Shown: one piece after another, positions 47,735-58,102 of the stretch | Layout: every line of letters starts with the position of its first letter | Position numbering within the stretch: the stretch's first letter is position 1 | NCBI GenBank assembly: GCA_947631835.1 | Contig: CANRMW010000001.1 | Span: forward strand, 1 to 63,371 | Length of the DNA stretch: 63,371 nt | Direction: 5' to 3' | Source of the DNA: an uncultured Clostridia bacterium | GTDB taxonomy: Bacteria; Bacillota; Clostridia; Oscillospirales; Acutalibacteraceae | Translations under genes and position numbers: made by a program | The notes under the pieces: model-generated | Databases searched by the model: none | Told to the model about the DNA's origin: nothing | Seen by the model: only the letters and a program-made list of their open reading frames with translations

Positions 47735-49354
47735 TCAGCTTTCAACGATCTCCACGCCGTCCGCTTTCAGGTCGCGGACCAGCGCGTCGAGGGGATCTTC
47801 CTTTTCGCCCTTTTCCGCGTCTTCCTTCGGTGGCTTATACGGTCCCAGCTTATAGACCTGCCCCGTCACCTGCCGCACCGCCTCGCGCATCCGGTCGCGC
47901 TGGCTCGGCCGTTTGAGCAGATCAAAGGCGAGCTGCGGCGCGTCGATCAAAAGGTACTCCCCGCTGACGTATGCGGCGGAGCCGGCAAACGCCGCGCCGA
48001 CCGAGGAGGAGTAATCCTTCATCACCGCGATGATCTCCGGCCACGCGGCAAAGGGCTGCGCGCTGCGGGAGAGCGCTTCCGTGGAGACCGCCGCGGGTCC
48101 GCGCGCCGGGCGCACCGCCGGCCGCAGCTCATCGGGCGCCGCCGGGGCCGGAATCTCCGGCTCGGGCAACGGCTCGGGGGGTTCCTCCGCGCTCTTCGGC
48201 TGTGCCGCAAGGCGGACGCCCCCGCGCTCCAGCGCTTCGACCCGCCGGAGCAGCGCTTCCGGGGAAATATCCAGCTCCGGCGTACACAGGCGGATCAGCG
48301 TCATCTCCATCTCGATGCGCTTGTTTGCGGTGCGCATCCGGGAGAGCGCGGTCTGGAACGCTTCCAGACCGTGCAGGATGGCGGAAAGGTCCATTTTCAG
48401 GGCGGCGCGCTCCATGCTTTTGCGCTCTTCGCCCACCGCGCTCACCATGCTTCCGGGATCCTTCATGGTCTTCATCAGCATCAGGCTGCGGAAAAACGAG
48501 GTCAGCTCCTCACACAGGCGCCCCATGTCCTTGCCGCTGCGGTAGAGCCGGTCCAAAAGCTCGAGGGCGGCTGTGCGGTCCCCGTTTTGGATCTGCTCCG
48601 CGAACAGGAGCAGGTGCTTTCTCCCCGCAAGGCCCACGGCCTCCGTGACGAGATCGGCGGTGATCCTTCCCTCCGCGCGGCTCACGCACTGGTCGAGCAG
48701 GGAGAGCGCGTCGCGCATCCCGCCGTCGGCCGTCACCGCGAGCAGCATGGCGGCGTCCCGGTCTATGGAGAGCCCCTCCTCGCCGCAGACCCATTCCAGC
48801 CGGGCGGCGATGTCTTCCGGGGCGATGCGCCGGAAATCGAACCGCTGGCAGCGGGAAACGATCGTCGGCAGGAGCTTGTGGACCTCGGTCGTCGCGAGGA
48901 TGAAGATCACATGCGCGGGCGGCTCCTCGAGCGTCTTGAGCAGCGCGTTGAACGCCGCCACGGAGAGCATGTGCACCTCGTCGATGATATAGACGCGGTA
49001 CCGGGCAAGCGCGGGCGTAAAGCCGGATTCTTCGATCAGGGAGCGGATGCTGTCCACGCCGTTGTTGCTGGCGGCGTCGATCTCTACGACGTCCAGCACG
49101 GAGCCGTCGTCCACGCCCCTGCACATGGAGCAGACGCCGCACGGATCGCCGTCGGCGGGCTCGAGGCAGTTGACGGCCTTCGCGAGGATCTTCGCGCACG
49201 TCGTCTTTCCCGTGCCGTGGGACCCGGTAAAAAGATACGCGTGGGAGACGCGGCCCGCCTTGAGCTCGTTTTTCAGCGTGACGGTCACCTGCGGCTGGCC
49301 GATCACGTCGGAAAAGAGGCGCGGCCGGTATTTTCTGTACAATGCCTGATACAT
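47735..49354 (-). CDS. dnaX: DNA polymerase III subunit gamma/tau
   Basis: YQALYRKYRP, GTGKT, EIDAASNN, IIDEVHML, SRC. Confidence 0.97.
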   Translation of the reverse strand: MYQALYRKYRPRLFSDVIGQPQVTVTLKNELKAGRVSHAYLFTGSHGTGKTTCAKILAKAVNCLEPADGDPCGVCSMCRGVDDGSVLDVVEIDAASNNGVDSIRSLIEESGFTPALARYRVYIIDEVHMLSVAAFNALLKTLEEPPAHVIFILATTEVHKLLPTIVSRCQRFDFRRIAPEDIAARLEWVCGEEGLSIDRDAAMLLAVTADGGMRDALSLLDQCVSRAEGRITADLVTEAVGLAGRKHLLLFAEQIQNGDRTAALELLDRLYRSGKDMGRLCEELTSFFRSLMLMKTMKDPGSMVSAVGEERKSMERAALKMDLSAILHGLEAFQTALSRMRTANKRIEMEMTLIRLCTPELDISPEALLRRVEALERGGVRLAAQPKSAEEPPEPLPEPEIPAPAAPDELRPAVRPARGPAAVSTEALSRSAQPFAAWPEIIAVMKDYSSSVGAAFAGSAAYVSGEYLLIDAPQLAFDLLKRPSQRDRMREAVRQVTGQVYKLGPYKPPKEDAEKGEKEDPLDALVRDLKADGVEIVES

Positions 49355-49387
49355 GCGCATCCCTCCCGAAAATCAAAGCAAGACGGC

Positions 49388-49570
49388 GAACGGTGAAATA
49401 TGAGAACGGACAGGCACCCTGCATCGCACCGAACGAACCGCTTAATGCTGCTCGGTCCCCCGCCTGACATGGTTCACGGCTTTCGGTCGCGCAGACCTGT
49501 CCGCTCGCATATTCCACGGTTCCGATAAACCGCCTTGCTTCCAAATGGTACCGCCGGACGCTCCGGGATA
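49388..49570 (-). ncRNA. ffs: Signal recognition particle RNA (ends approximate)
   Basis: Domain IV GAACCATGTCAGG-CGG-GGGA-CCG-AGCAGC, long closing stem ATATGCGAGCGGACAGG/CCTGTCCGTTCTCATAT, upstream of dnaX; promoter TTGCTT(49606)-N17-TATACT(49583). Confidence 0.9.
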
Positions 49571-49672
49571 CAGTAATAGTATACACGGAATCCCTTGAAA
49601 AAGCAAGCGAAAAATCGTATAATTCCATTGGGAACCGAAAATTGCGCGAAAAAAGAGAGGGAAGAAGGAAAG

Positions 49673-50179
49673 ATGAAGCTGAGAAAAGCCGTCCCGGGCG
49701 ACGTCCCCCGGATGGCCGCGCTCTATGAGGCGGCGCGGCGCTCCCTGCGCGCCATGGGCGTGGACCAGTGGCAGGACGGATACCCCAACGGGACGACGGC
49801 CCGCGCGGACGTCGAAAGCGGGGCCGCGTGGGTGATCGAAGAGGACGGCGCAGTGCTCGCCTGCGCCGCGGTCTATGTGGGCGTGGAGCCGACGTACCGG
49901 GAGATCTTTGACGGCGCTTGGAAGACGGAGAACCCGGTCTACGGCGTGATCCACCGGATCGCCGTGGACCCGGCGGCAAAAAAGCGCGGGCTCGCCTCCG
50001 CACTCATGGCGCACTGCACGGCGCTGTGCCGCGAAGCCGGCGTCTCCTCCCAGCGCTGCGACACCCACCGCGACAACCTCCCGATGCGCCGCACGCTCGA
50101 AAAGAACGGATACGCGTTCTGCGGGGTGATCGTTCTGGAAAGCGGCGCGCCGCGCGTCGCATACGAAAAGGTGCTGTGA
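49673..50179 (+). CDS. GNAT acetyltransferase
   Basis: DQWQDGYP, IHRIAV-KKRGLAS, DTHRDNLPM-LEKNGY. Confidence 0.88.
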   Translation: MKLRKAVPGDVPRMAALYEAARRSLRAMGVDQWQDGYPNGTTARADVESGAAWVIEEDGAVLACAAVYVGVEPTYREIFDGAWKTENPVYGVIHRIAVDPAAKKRGLASALMAHCTALCREAGVSSQRCDTHRDNLPMRRTLEKNGYAFCGVIVLESGAPRVAYEKVL

Positions 50180-50272
50180 GCCCCGGGCAAAGAACGGGAA
50201 AGGGCCCGCTGCCTGCGATCTGCAGACGGCGGACCCTTTTTTGTTCAAAGAAGCATGTCGGTTTCGCGCGGA

Positions 50273-51784
50273 TCAGACGATGATGCTCTTGCCGGTCATT
50301 TCCGCAGGCTGCGGGAGACCCATGATCTTCAGCATCGTCGGCGCGAGATCGGCAAGGACGCCGCCCTCGCGGAGCGTGCAGGGGAAGTTCACGATGCAAA
50401 GCGGCACCGGGTTCGTCGTGTGGGCGGTGAAGGGTTCGCCGTCGGTATCGATCATCCGGTCGGCGTTGCCGTGGTCGGCGGTGATGAGCATCACGCCGTT
50501 CATTTCCTTCACGGCGTCCGCCACGCGGCCGACGCAGGTATCGACGGCCTCGACAGCCTTCACGGCGGCGTCAAACACGCCGGTGTGGCCGACCATGTCG
50601 CAGTTCGCGAAGTTCAGGATGATCATGTCGTAGACGCCGGACTTCACGGCGGCGACCATCTTGTTCGTCACCTCGTAGGCGCTCATCTCCGGCTGGAGAT
50701 CATACGTCGCGACCTTCGGAGAGTTGACGAGAATGCGGTCCTCGCCCTCATACTGCTTCTCGACGCCGCCGTTGAAGAAGAACGTCACATGGGCGTACTT
50801 CTCGGTCTCGGCGATGCGCAGCTGCTTCATGCCGAGGGACGAGATGTATTCGCCCATCGTGTCCTTGAGGCTCTGCGGCTTGAAAGCGATCTCCACGTTC
50901 GGCATCGTCGCGTCGTACTGCGTCATGCAGATATAGGTGAGCGGGAAGAACCCGTTCTTGCGCTCGAAGCCCTTGAAATCGGGATCGACGAACGTGCGGG
51001 TGATCTCGCGGGCGCGGTCCGGGCGGAAGTTGAAGAAGATCACGGAGTCGCCGGATTTCACCGGGCTGCCGCCCTCGACCACGCACGGCACGACGAACTC
51101 ATCCGTCACGCCGGCGTCGTAGGACGATTGCACCGCGCAGACCGGGCAGTCGAACTGCTCGCCTTCGCGCAGGACCATCGCATTGTACGCCTTTTCGACG
51201 CGCTCCCAGCGGTTGTCGCGGTCCATCGCGTAGTAGCGGCCCATGACCGTCGCGACGCGGCCCGTGCCGATCTCCGCCATCTTCGCGGCGAGCTCGGCGA
51301 CGTAGTCCTTGCCGGAGCTGGGCGGCACGTCGCGGCCGTCGAGCAGGGCGTGGACGTTCACGTCGGTGAGGCCGTATTCCTTCGCCATCTGCACGAGGCC
51401 GTAGAGGTGGGTGTTGTGGCTGTGCACGCCGCCGTCGGAAACGAGGCCGATCAGATGGAGCGCGGCGCCGTTCTGTTTCGCGTTCTCCATCGCGTGGACG
51501 AGCGCTTCGTTCTTCATGAAGTCGCCGTCCTGCACGGCTTTCGTGATGCGGGTGAGCTCCTGATAGACGATGCGCCCCGCGCCGATGTTGGTGTGGCCGA
51601 CCTCGCTGTTGCCCATCTGGCCGTCCGGCAGGCCGACGTCCATGCCGGACGCGCCGATCTGTGTGAGCGGGTTTTCGGCAAACAGCTTATCGAGATTCGG
51701 GGTATTTGCGGCGACGATGGCGTTGCCCTTCGGGGGAGCGATGCCAAAGCCGTCCATGATGCAAAGTACGACCGGTTTCTGCAT
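50273..51784 (-). CDS. gpmI: 2,3-BPG-independent phosphoglycerate mutase
   Basis: [39 protein letters not shown]. Confidence 0.98.
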   Translation of the reverse strand: MQKPVVLCIMDGFGIAPPKGNAIVAANTPNLDKLFAENPLTQIGASGMDVGLPDGQMGNSEVGHTNIGAGRIVYQELTRITKAVQDGDFMKNEALVHAMENAKQNGAALHLIGLVSDGGVHSHNTHLYGLVQMAKEYGLTDVNVHALLDGRDVPPSSGKDYVAELAAKMAEIGTGRVATVMGRYYAMDRDNRWERVEKAYNAMVLREGEQFDCPVCAVQSSYDAGVTDEFVVPCVVEGGSPVKSGDSVIFFNFRPDRAREITRTFVDPDFKGFERKNGFFPLTYICMTQYDATMPNVEIAFKPQSLKDTMGEYISSLGMKQLRIAETEKYAHVTFFFNGGVEKQYEGEDRILVNSPKVATYDLQPEMSAYEVTNKMVAAVKSGVYDMIILNFANCDMVGHTGVFDAAVKAVEAVDTCVGRVADAVKEMNGVMLITADHGNADRMIDTDGEPFTAHTTNPVPLCIVNFPCTLREGGVLADLAPTMLKIMGLPQPAEMTGKSIIV

Positions 51785-51822
51785 AGCAAATCAATTCCTT
51801 TCTGGGACGTTCCGCGGGGATC

Positions 51823-52593
51823 TCAGCCCTTGGTGGCGGCTTCCACGATCGCCGCGAAATCCGCGGGCTTCAGGGACGCGCCGCCGATGAGGCCGCCGTC
51901 CACGTCCGGCTGGGCGACGAGCTCCGCCGCGTTGCCGGCGTTCATCGAGCCGCCGTACTGGATCGTGACGGCCTCGGCCGCGTCCGCGTCGTACAGCTCG
52001 GCGATGACGCCGCGGATGATCGCACAGACCTCGTTCGCCTGCGCCGCCGTCGCGGTCCTGCCGGTGCCGATGGCCCAGACCGGCTCGTAGGCGATGATGA
52101 TGCGGGAGAGTTCTTCCTTCGTCACGCCGCCGAGGGCGATCTTCGTCTGCAGCGCGACGAGCTCGCCGGTGATGCCCTGCTCGCGCTGTTCGAGGTATTC
52201 GCCGACGCACACGATCACAGTAAGGCCCGCGTCCAGCGCGGCGCGCGTGCGCTTCTGCACGGTGACGTCGGTGTCGCCGAAGTAGGTGCGGCGCTCGCTG
52301 TGGCCCGTGATGACGTACTCCACGCCGCAGGCCTTCAGCATTTCGGCGGAGATCTCTCCGGTGAACGCGCCGGACTTCTCCCAGTGGCAGTTCTCGGCGC
52401 CGATGTGGATGTTCGTGCCCTTCGCGGCTTCCTGCGCGGCGGCGATGTCCACATACGGGACGCACGCGACGACCTCGCAGCCCGCGTCCTTGACGAGCGG
52501 TGCGATGGCGGTGATGAGCTCCTTCGCTTCCGCCGGGGTCTTGTTCATTTTCCAGTTGCCGGCGATGACGGCTTTTCTCTTCGCTTTGTTCAT
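51823..52593 (-). CDS. tpiA: Triosephosphate isomerase
   Basis: AGNWKMN, GHSERR, AYEPVWAIGTG, GGASL. Confidence 0.98.
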   Translation of the reverse strand: MNKAKRKAVIAGNWKMNKTPAEAKELITAIAPLVKDAGCEVVACVPYVDIAAAQEAAKGTNIHIGAENCHWEKSGAFTGEISAEMLKACGVEYVITGHSERRTYFGDTDVTVQKRTRAALDAGLTVIVCVGEYLEQREQGITGELVALQTKIALGGVTKEELSRIIIAYEPVWAIGTGRTATAAQANEVCAIIRGVIAELYDADAAEAVTIQYGGSMNAGNAAELVAQPDVDGGLIGGASLKPADFAAIVEAATKG

Positions 52594-52743
52594 AGCTTGC
52601 CCAGCTTCCTTTCGTTTCTCTGTCTCCATAAGCGCGGAGCCGGTCGCCCGGCTCCGCTGTATGGACCTTTTTTCAGAAGGGGAGAAGCGCTCTCCCAAGG
52701 CTCCGAAACGCGGTCTTTCCGCGCGCGGAGCCGACCGTGCGGT

Positions 52744-54045
52744 TTATTCCTTCTCGTTGAGGCAGGCGATGCCCGGGAGGACGAGGCCCTCGAGGAACTC
52801 AAGGGACGCGCCGCCGCCGGTGGAGATGTGGGTCATCTTGTCGGCGAAGCCGAGGTTCTCGACCGCCGCCGCGGAGTCGCCGCCGCCGATGATGGAGATC
52901 GCGTTGCTGTCCGCAACGGCCTGCGCCACGGCGATGGTGCCCTTCGCGAAGTTCTCCCACTCGGAAACGCCCATCGGGCCGTTCCAAACGACCGTGCCCG
53001 CGTTCTTGATCGCGTCGGCAAAGAGCGCCTGCGTCTTCGGGCCGATGTCGAGACCCATCCAGCCGTCCGGGATCTCGTCGTCGTCCACGATCTTCCACTC
53101 GGCGTCCGCCGCGTAAGCGGTCGCGACGACGTTGTCCACCGGGATCAGGAAGTTGACGTTCTTCTCCTTCGCCTTCGCCATCATTTCCTTCGCGAGATCG
53201 ACCTTGTCGTCCTCGCACAGGGACGTGCCGACGCTGTGGCCGAGCGCCTTGAAGAACGTGTATGCCATGCCGCCGCCGATGATGAGCGTATCGACCTTTT
53301 CGATCAGGTTGTTGATGACGCCGATCTTATCGGAGACCTTCGCGCCGCCGAGGATCGCGACGAACGGGCGCTTCGGGTTCTCGAGCGCGCCGCCCATGAC
53401 GGAGATCTCCTTCTGGATCAGGTAGCCGCAGACCGCCGGGAGATAATCCGCAACGCCGGCGGTGGAGGCATGGGCGCGGTGCGCCGTTCCGAACGCGTCG
53501 TTGACATAGATCTCGGCCATGGAGGCGAGCTCCTTCGCAAAGGCCGGGTCGTTTTTCGTCTCTTCCGCGTGGAAGCGGATGTTCTCGATGAGCATGACCT
53601 CGCCGTCCTTGAGCGCGGCGGCCTTGGCCTTCGCGTCCGGGCCGATGACGTCCTTCGCCATGATGACGGGCTTGCCGAGACGCTTCGAGAGCTCTTCGGC
53701 GACCGGCGCGAGGGAGAACTTCGTGACGTCGCCCTTCGCGGCCTCGAGCGCCTTCGCGGTGGCCTCAGCCTGCTCGGCCTCCGGCAGCGCCTCGATCTTT
53801 TTCTTTTCTTTCTTGTCCAGCTTCACAACGTCGTTGAAGATGTTGTGCGGGCGGCCCATGTGGGAGCAGAGGATGACCTTCGCGCCGTGGTCGGAGAGGT
53901 ACTTCACGGTGGGGAGCGCGCCGACGATCCGCTTCGGATCGGTGATGACGCCGTTCTTCATCGGGACGTTGAAATCGCAGCGGACGAGCACGCGCTTGCC
54001 GGCGACGTCAATGTCTTCCACGGTCTTTTTGTTGAGGTAGTTCAT
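52744..54045 (-). CDS. pgk: Phosphoglycerate kinase (with a 37-aa insertion)
   Basis: [45 protein letters not shown]. Confidence 0.98.
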   Translation of the reverse strand: MNYLNKKTVEDIDVAGKRVLVRCDFNVPMKNGVITDPKRIVGALPTVKYLSDHGAKVILCSHMGRPHNIFNDVVKLDKKEKKKIEALPEAEQAEATAKALEAAKGDVTKFSLAPVAEELSKRLGKPVIMAKDVIGPDAKAKAAALKDGEVMLIENIRFHAEETKNDPAFAKELASMAEIYVNDAFGTAHRAHASTAGVADYLPAVCGYLIQKEISVMGGALENPKRPFVAILGGAKVSDKIGVINNLIEKVDTLIIGGGMAYTFFKALGHSVGTSLCEDDKVDLAKEMMAKAKEKNVNFLIPVDNVVATAYAADAEWKIVDDDEIPDGWMGLDIGPKTQALFADAIKNAGTVVWNGPMGVSEWENFAKGTIAVAQAVADSNAISIIGGGDSAAAVENLGFADKMTHISTGGGASLEFLEGLVLPGIACLNEKE

Positions 54046-54213
54046 TTGCCAACACTCCTTTGATTTTGGAATACGGGATGCCGTTGTTTTCCGGCGCGCC
54101 GGGGAAAGCGCGCCTCTGTCTTCATTGTATACCAATTTCCGGATTTTTTCAAGTGCGAAGCATGAATATCTCCGGCTTTTGGCATACTTTTTTGCGTGTG
54201 CGGGGAAAAACGC

Positions 54214-54726
54214 TCAAAGCTGGGGCGGCGCGTCGTCCCAGTTGTAGTTCCGTAGCCGCCCCGCACCGGAGAGCGCCGGGTAATCCCACTGGCGCAGCAC
54301 CTCGTACACGCCGATCGCGACGGCGTTCGAGAGGTTGAGGCTGCGCGCTTCTTCGAGCATCGGGATGCGCACGCAGCGCTCCGGGTTTCGAAAGAGCAGG
54401 TCCTCCGGCAGGCCGGCGGTCTCCTTGCCGAAGAAGAGCCAGCAGTTTTCCGGGTAAGCGACGTCCGTGTGGCGGCGCGGCGCTTTCGTCGTGAAAAAGA
54501 AAAATTCGCCGCTGTTTTTCGAAAAGAAATCGGAGAGGTCTTTGTAGTAGGTGATGTCGAGCAGATGCCAGTAATCGAGGCCGGCGCGCTTTAACTTGCG
54601 GTCGTCGATGCGAAAGCCCATCGGGCCGACAAGGTGCAGGCGAGAGCCGGTCGCCGCGCAGGTGCGGGCGACGTTGCCGGTGTTCTGGGGGATCTCCGGC
54701 TCCACCATCACGATATTGAGCTGCAT
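54214..54726 (-). CDS. trmL: tRNA (cytidine34-2'-O)-methyltransferase
   Basis: EPEIPQNTGN, RAGLDYW, FGKETAGLP, RSLNLSN. Confidence 0.95.
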   Translation of the reverse strand: MQLNIVMVEPEIPQNTGNVARTCAATGSRLHLVGPMGFRIDDRKLKRAGLDYWHLLDITYYKDLSDFFSKNSGEFFFFTTKAPRRHTDVAYPENCWLFFGKETAGLPEDLLFRNPERCVRIPMLEEARSLNLSNAVAIGVYEVLRQWDYPALSGAGRLRNYNWDDAPPQL

Positions 54727-54882
54727 GGTCCTCATGCCTTTCCGCAGGGAGCCTGAGGAAAAAGCGGCCGCTTTTCCGCAGAGATTCCCAAGAATGTTTT
54801 GTGAAAAAGGGGGAAACTAACATTGACGGCACTGATCGTATTCGTGCGGGTCATAATCTGGATCGGGAGGTTGGATCGTCTC

Positions 54883-55080
54883 ATGAAGCAGATGAAAAAT
54901 GTCGCGAAGGGCGTCGGGCTCGGCATCGCGGCGGGCGCGGCGGTGGCCGCCGTCTCGTCAAAAATGATGGAGAGCAAGAAGTCCGCGAAAACGCGCGCCA
55001 AGGAGATGCGCAAAAGCACGGCCAAAGCCGTCCACACGGTGGGCCAGCTCATCGACGGCGTGGAGTGCATGCTGAAGTAA
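54883..55080 (+). CDS. Small basic hypothetical protein
   Basis: GGAGG RBS; KGVGLGIAAGAAVAAV hydrophobic segment then a basic helix. Confidence 0.65.
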   Translation: MKQMKNVAKGVGLGIAAGAAVAAVSSKMMESKKSAKTRAKEMRKSTAKAVHTVGQLIDGVECMLK

Positions 55081-55084
55081 GGCT

Positions 55085-56374
55085 TTAGAGACCCTTCAGG
55101 TCACAGTGGCAGGCGCGTACCCCGCTGTGGCCGAATACATAGATGCGGCAGGGCGCGAAGCGCCCGCCGCCCGCCGCCAGGCAGCGCAGCGTGAGCGCGC
55201 CGGGGACGGCCTGCTCGTAACACCGCGCGAGGCGGTTGCAGCAGCCGGTCTCCTTCGCGGCGGGGCACGCGTGCGCGTTCGTGCAGTGGCGGACAGCCTC
55301 GGCCGCGCGGTATGATTCGGCGATCTCCCCGCCCGCGTGGTACTCGCCGTTGGAGATCAGAAAATGGGAGACGGAAAGCCGCTGCAGCACCGGCGAGACG
55401 TGGCTCTCCGTCCCGTGGTGCGGCGCGGCGACCGCGTAATAGCCGGGAAAAAGCCGCCCGGAAATGCGCTCGAGCACGGCGGGAGAGGCATCGCCGGGAA
55501 AGAGCACGTCGTCTTCGCCGGGGCCGTTCGGGCGCTCGTTGTGAAAGATCAGCGAGAGGTCGTTTTGCAATTCCGTATAGACCGGGCGGGCGCGCTCGAG
55601 GATCTCGCGGATCGGGGCGAGGGAGAAATCGTCCGCAAGGGCCTTTTCTTCCAAAACGCGCCGCATGAGGCCGGAGAGGCGTTCCGCGCTGCGGCGTTTG
55701 GCTTCGCCGGAAAGCGGCGAGCCGGGCGAAAAGACTTCCTGCGTTTCCGCGTAGGCGGCGCAGAAATCCCGGGCCGCTTCAAGAAAACGCGCCCCGCCGG
55801 GCAGGGAAAGGACGGCTTCGGAGAGCGCCGCCGCGTGTTCCGAAAGGCGGGCTTCCGCCTCCGCGTCGAAGGCTTTTTCGGGCCAGAGCACGCGGAAGGC
55901 CGCGCCGTCGAAGCGGAACGCGTCGCCCGCCGAGAGCACGGAGATGTTCTCCGGGCGCAGCGCGGGGAGCAGGCGGTCAAAGACCGAAAGGCACGCCGTA
56001 TTGACCCGCGCGAAGGCCGACTCGGGCGCGGCGAACGCGCGCGAGAAGAGCGCGGTGCGCAGAAAGCTGTTTGGGCCGGAAACGTTCGCAGGCTGGCGCG
56101 GGAGGAAGACTCCCGTAAAATAACCCGGCTCCCGGCGGAGCCGGTCGAAAAAGCCGCTCGTATGGTCCCGGTGGTAGTGCGTCAAAAGAATGTCCCGCCG
56201 CGCGGCGAGACGGTACCGCGCGAAGATCCGCGAAAAGCGGTCGTCGAGCGCGGCGTCCTCCGCGCGGGTGAAGCGGCTGACCGAGCCCGCGTCCACGAAG
56301 AGGACGCTTTGGTCGCGCCCCACGAGCGCGGCGCACGCGCCGTATTCCACGTCGTGCAGCTCGATGCGGTCCAT
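55085..56374 (-). CDS. MBL-fold (ComEC/Rec2-like) metallo-hydrolase with Cys-rich C-terminus
   Basis: DVEYG, VDAGS, THYHRDH, FPGDA, APHHG; C-terminal HC-C-CC-C-C-C-CHC. Confidence 0.75.
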   Translation of the reverse strand: MDRIELHDVEYGACAALVGRDQSVLFVDAGSVSRFTRAEDAALDDRFSRIFARYRLAARRDILLTHYHRDHTSGFFDRLRREPGYFTGVFLPRQPANVSGPNSFLRTALFSRAFAAPESAFARVNTACLSVFDRLLPALRPENISVLSAGDAFRFDGAAFRVLWPEKAFDAEAEARLSEHAAALSEAVLSLPGGARFLEAARDFCAAYAETQEVFSPGSPLSGEAKRRSAERLSGLMRRVLEEKALADDFSLAPIREILERARPVYTELQNDLSLIFHNERPNGPGEDDVLFPGDASPAVLERISGRLFPGYYAVAAPHHGTESHVSPVLQRLSVSHFLISNGEYHAGGEIAESYRAAEAVRHCTNAHACPAAKETGCCNRLARCYEQAVPGALTLRCLAAGGGRFAPCRIYVFGHSGVRACHCDLKGL

Positions 56375-57930
56375 CAGGCTTTCTCGGCTTCGTCCTGCAC
56401 GCGCTTATAGAGGATGCCGTTCGTGTACCGGTCATCCTTCCACTCGCCCGTGTAGACCACGTCGCCGGCCGCGTCGAACGAGGTGCCGCGTCCGCAGCGC
56501 TTGCCGTCTTTCCAGCCGCCGACATAGAGCAGCGCGCCGTCCGGGGAAAAGAGCGCGCCCTCGCCGGTCATCTCACCGTCCTTGTATTTCGCGACGAACA
56601 CCGCGCCGTCCGGATCCCGCACGGAGACCCCCACGCCCTCTTTTTTGCCGTCCACGATGCGCCCGGCATACTGCAAAGCGCCGTCCGGGGAATAGAGGGA
56701 AACGAAGTCCTTCGGCGCGCCGTTTTCCCAGCGGGAGACGTGCAGCGCGTGATCCCCTTCGCGGAAGGACACGCCGAAGCCGTCGCGCCTGTCCTTTCGG
56801 AACGAGCCGACATACGAGACCGCGCCGGAAGGATAGTGGTGGACGCCGAAGCCGTCGCGCAGGTCGTTTTTGTATTCGCCTTGGTAGAGCGTCAGGCCCT
56901 CGGGCGATTCCGTTCTGCCCATGCCCTCCCGCATGCCGTTTTCCATCTGTCCGGTATAGCGGGACTCCGCGCCGCCCCGGATCAGGGTGAAGGGGCCGCT
57001 TCCTTCCGGCACCTCCCCCGAAAAGAGCTTTTCCAGCACGCTCCGCGCGTGTTCCGCTTCCTCGGCGGTGATCCCGAGCGCCGAGAGCGCCTTTTCGTTT
57101 CCGGCCTCCGGCTCCGGGGAAGGTTCGGTCGGGGCCGTTTCGGTTTCCGGCTCCGAATCGGCTTCGGGCGGCTCCGGTTCGGCGGGCGTTTCCAGATCGG
57201 TGAAGCGCGGCGCGGGCAGGGGCGCCGGCGCGCCCGCCGTCTCCCCGTCCTTGACCTCCCACGCCATCGTGTAAAACAGCGACGCGCCCTCGGCGCTTTG
57301 CAGGAACCGAAGCCGCTGCTCCTGCTCGGGCTTCGGGCAGTAGAGGTATTCCCCGGTGTCGTCCGCAACGAGCAGGAAGCGGTCGCCGAGATCGGCGTTC
57401 TGCAAGCTCTGCTCCACGGTCTGGAACGCGTAGGGCACGGGGAACAGCGGCGTTTCCTTCACGCTCCCGGTATCGCGGTCGTAATCGAACCGCAGGACCG
57501 CGTCGCGCACGGGATCGGGCTTAAAGCTGCAGCTCGCCTTTTCGCCGTCGTCGGGGGAGAAATATTCCGTGCGGAGCCAGCGCAGGTCGCGGTCGAAAAA
57601 CACCTTCGAGAGCAGGACGCCGTTCGGCGCGAAAAACGCCACGCCGCGCTGCGCGCCCTCTTTGAAGGAGGCTTCGAGAACGCGGTCCCCGACCTTCTTC
57701 TCCCAGGAGAACCCGCGCTTTTTCACCTTCCCGACGAGCGTGCCGGGCATCCCCTCGAAAAGGCCGTCCTCGTTGACCTTCGCGGCGCGGCCCGTCTCGA
57801 AATAACGCCGCCGGGCAAGATACAGCGCGCCGTGGAACGCGGAGATCGGCTCCGATTCGGTGCTGATCACCGCGTAGACTTTTCTGTTCATCAGACTGAC
57901 GCTGATGGCGTTTCCCGTTTCCTCGCGCAT
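56374..57930 (-). CDS. MORN-repeat protein with unknown N-terminal domain and acidic Pro-rich linker
   Basis: Repeated YxGx[W/F/Y]KxxxRxGxG units (YQGEYKNDLRDGFG, YVGGWKDGKRCGRG); GGAGG RBS; promoter TTGAAA-N17-TATAAT at 57989-57961. Confidence 0.8.
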   Translation of the reverse strand: MREETGNAISVSLMNRKVYAVISTESEPISAFHGALYLARRRYFETGRAAKVNEDGLFEGMPGTLVGKVKKRGFSWEKKVGDRVLEASFKEGAQRGVAFFAPNGVLLSKVFFDRDLRWLRTEYFSPDDGEKASCSFKPDPVRDAVLRFDYDRDTGSVKETPLFPVPYAFQTVEQSLQNADLGDRFLLVADDTGEYLYCPKPEQEQRLRFLQSAEGASLFYTMAWEVKDGETAGAPAPLPAPRFTDLETPAEPEPPEADSEPETETAPTEPSPEPEAGNEKALSALGITAEEAEHARSVLEKLFSGEVPEGSGPFTLIRGGAESRYTGQMENGMREGMGRTESPEGLTLYQGEYKNDLRDGFGVHHYPSGAVSYVGSFRKDRRDGFGVSFREGDHALHVSRWENGAPKDFVSLYSPDGALQYAGRIVDGKKEGVGVSVRDPDGAVFVAKYKDGEMTGEGALFSPDGALLYVGGWKDGKRCGRGTSFDAAGDVVYTGEWKDDRYTNGILYKRVQDEAEKA

Positions 57931-58102
57931 AGCTGCCTCCAAAAACTCATATCTCCCGTAATTATAGCAAATCCCGCGCCGCTTTTCAACGCGTTTTTGA
58001 ACAAAGACAGGAAAGCGTGCGCAAATTTCCGTCAAAGGCTGGACATCGCCGGAAAAATGCTGTACAATGAAACAGATACCGAAGTGAAAGGGAGACCTTC
58101 GT

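Noticed and set aside
52663-52682. Another module A copy between pgk and tpiA (CCTTTTTTCAGAAGG)
   Set aside because: Only the core resembles it; the outer stem and tail are missing
53737-53847. Intein in Pgk
   Set aside because: Too short, and lacks the C/S start and HN-C/S/T end
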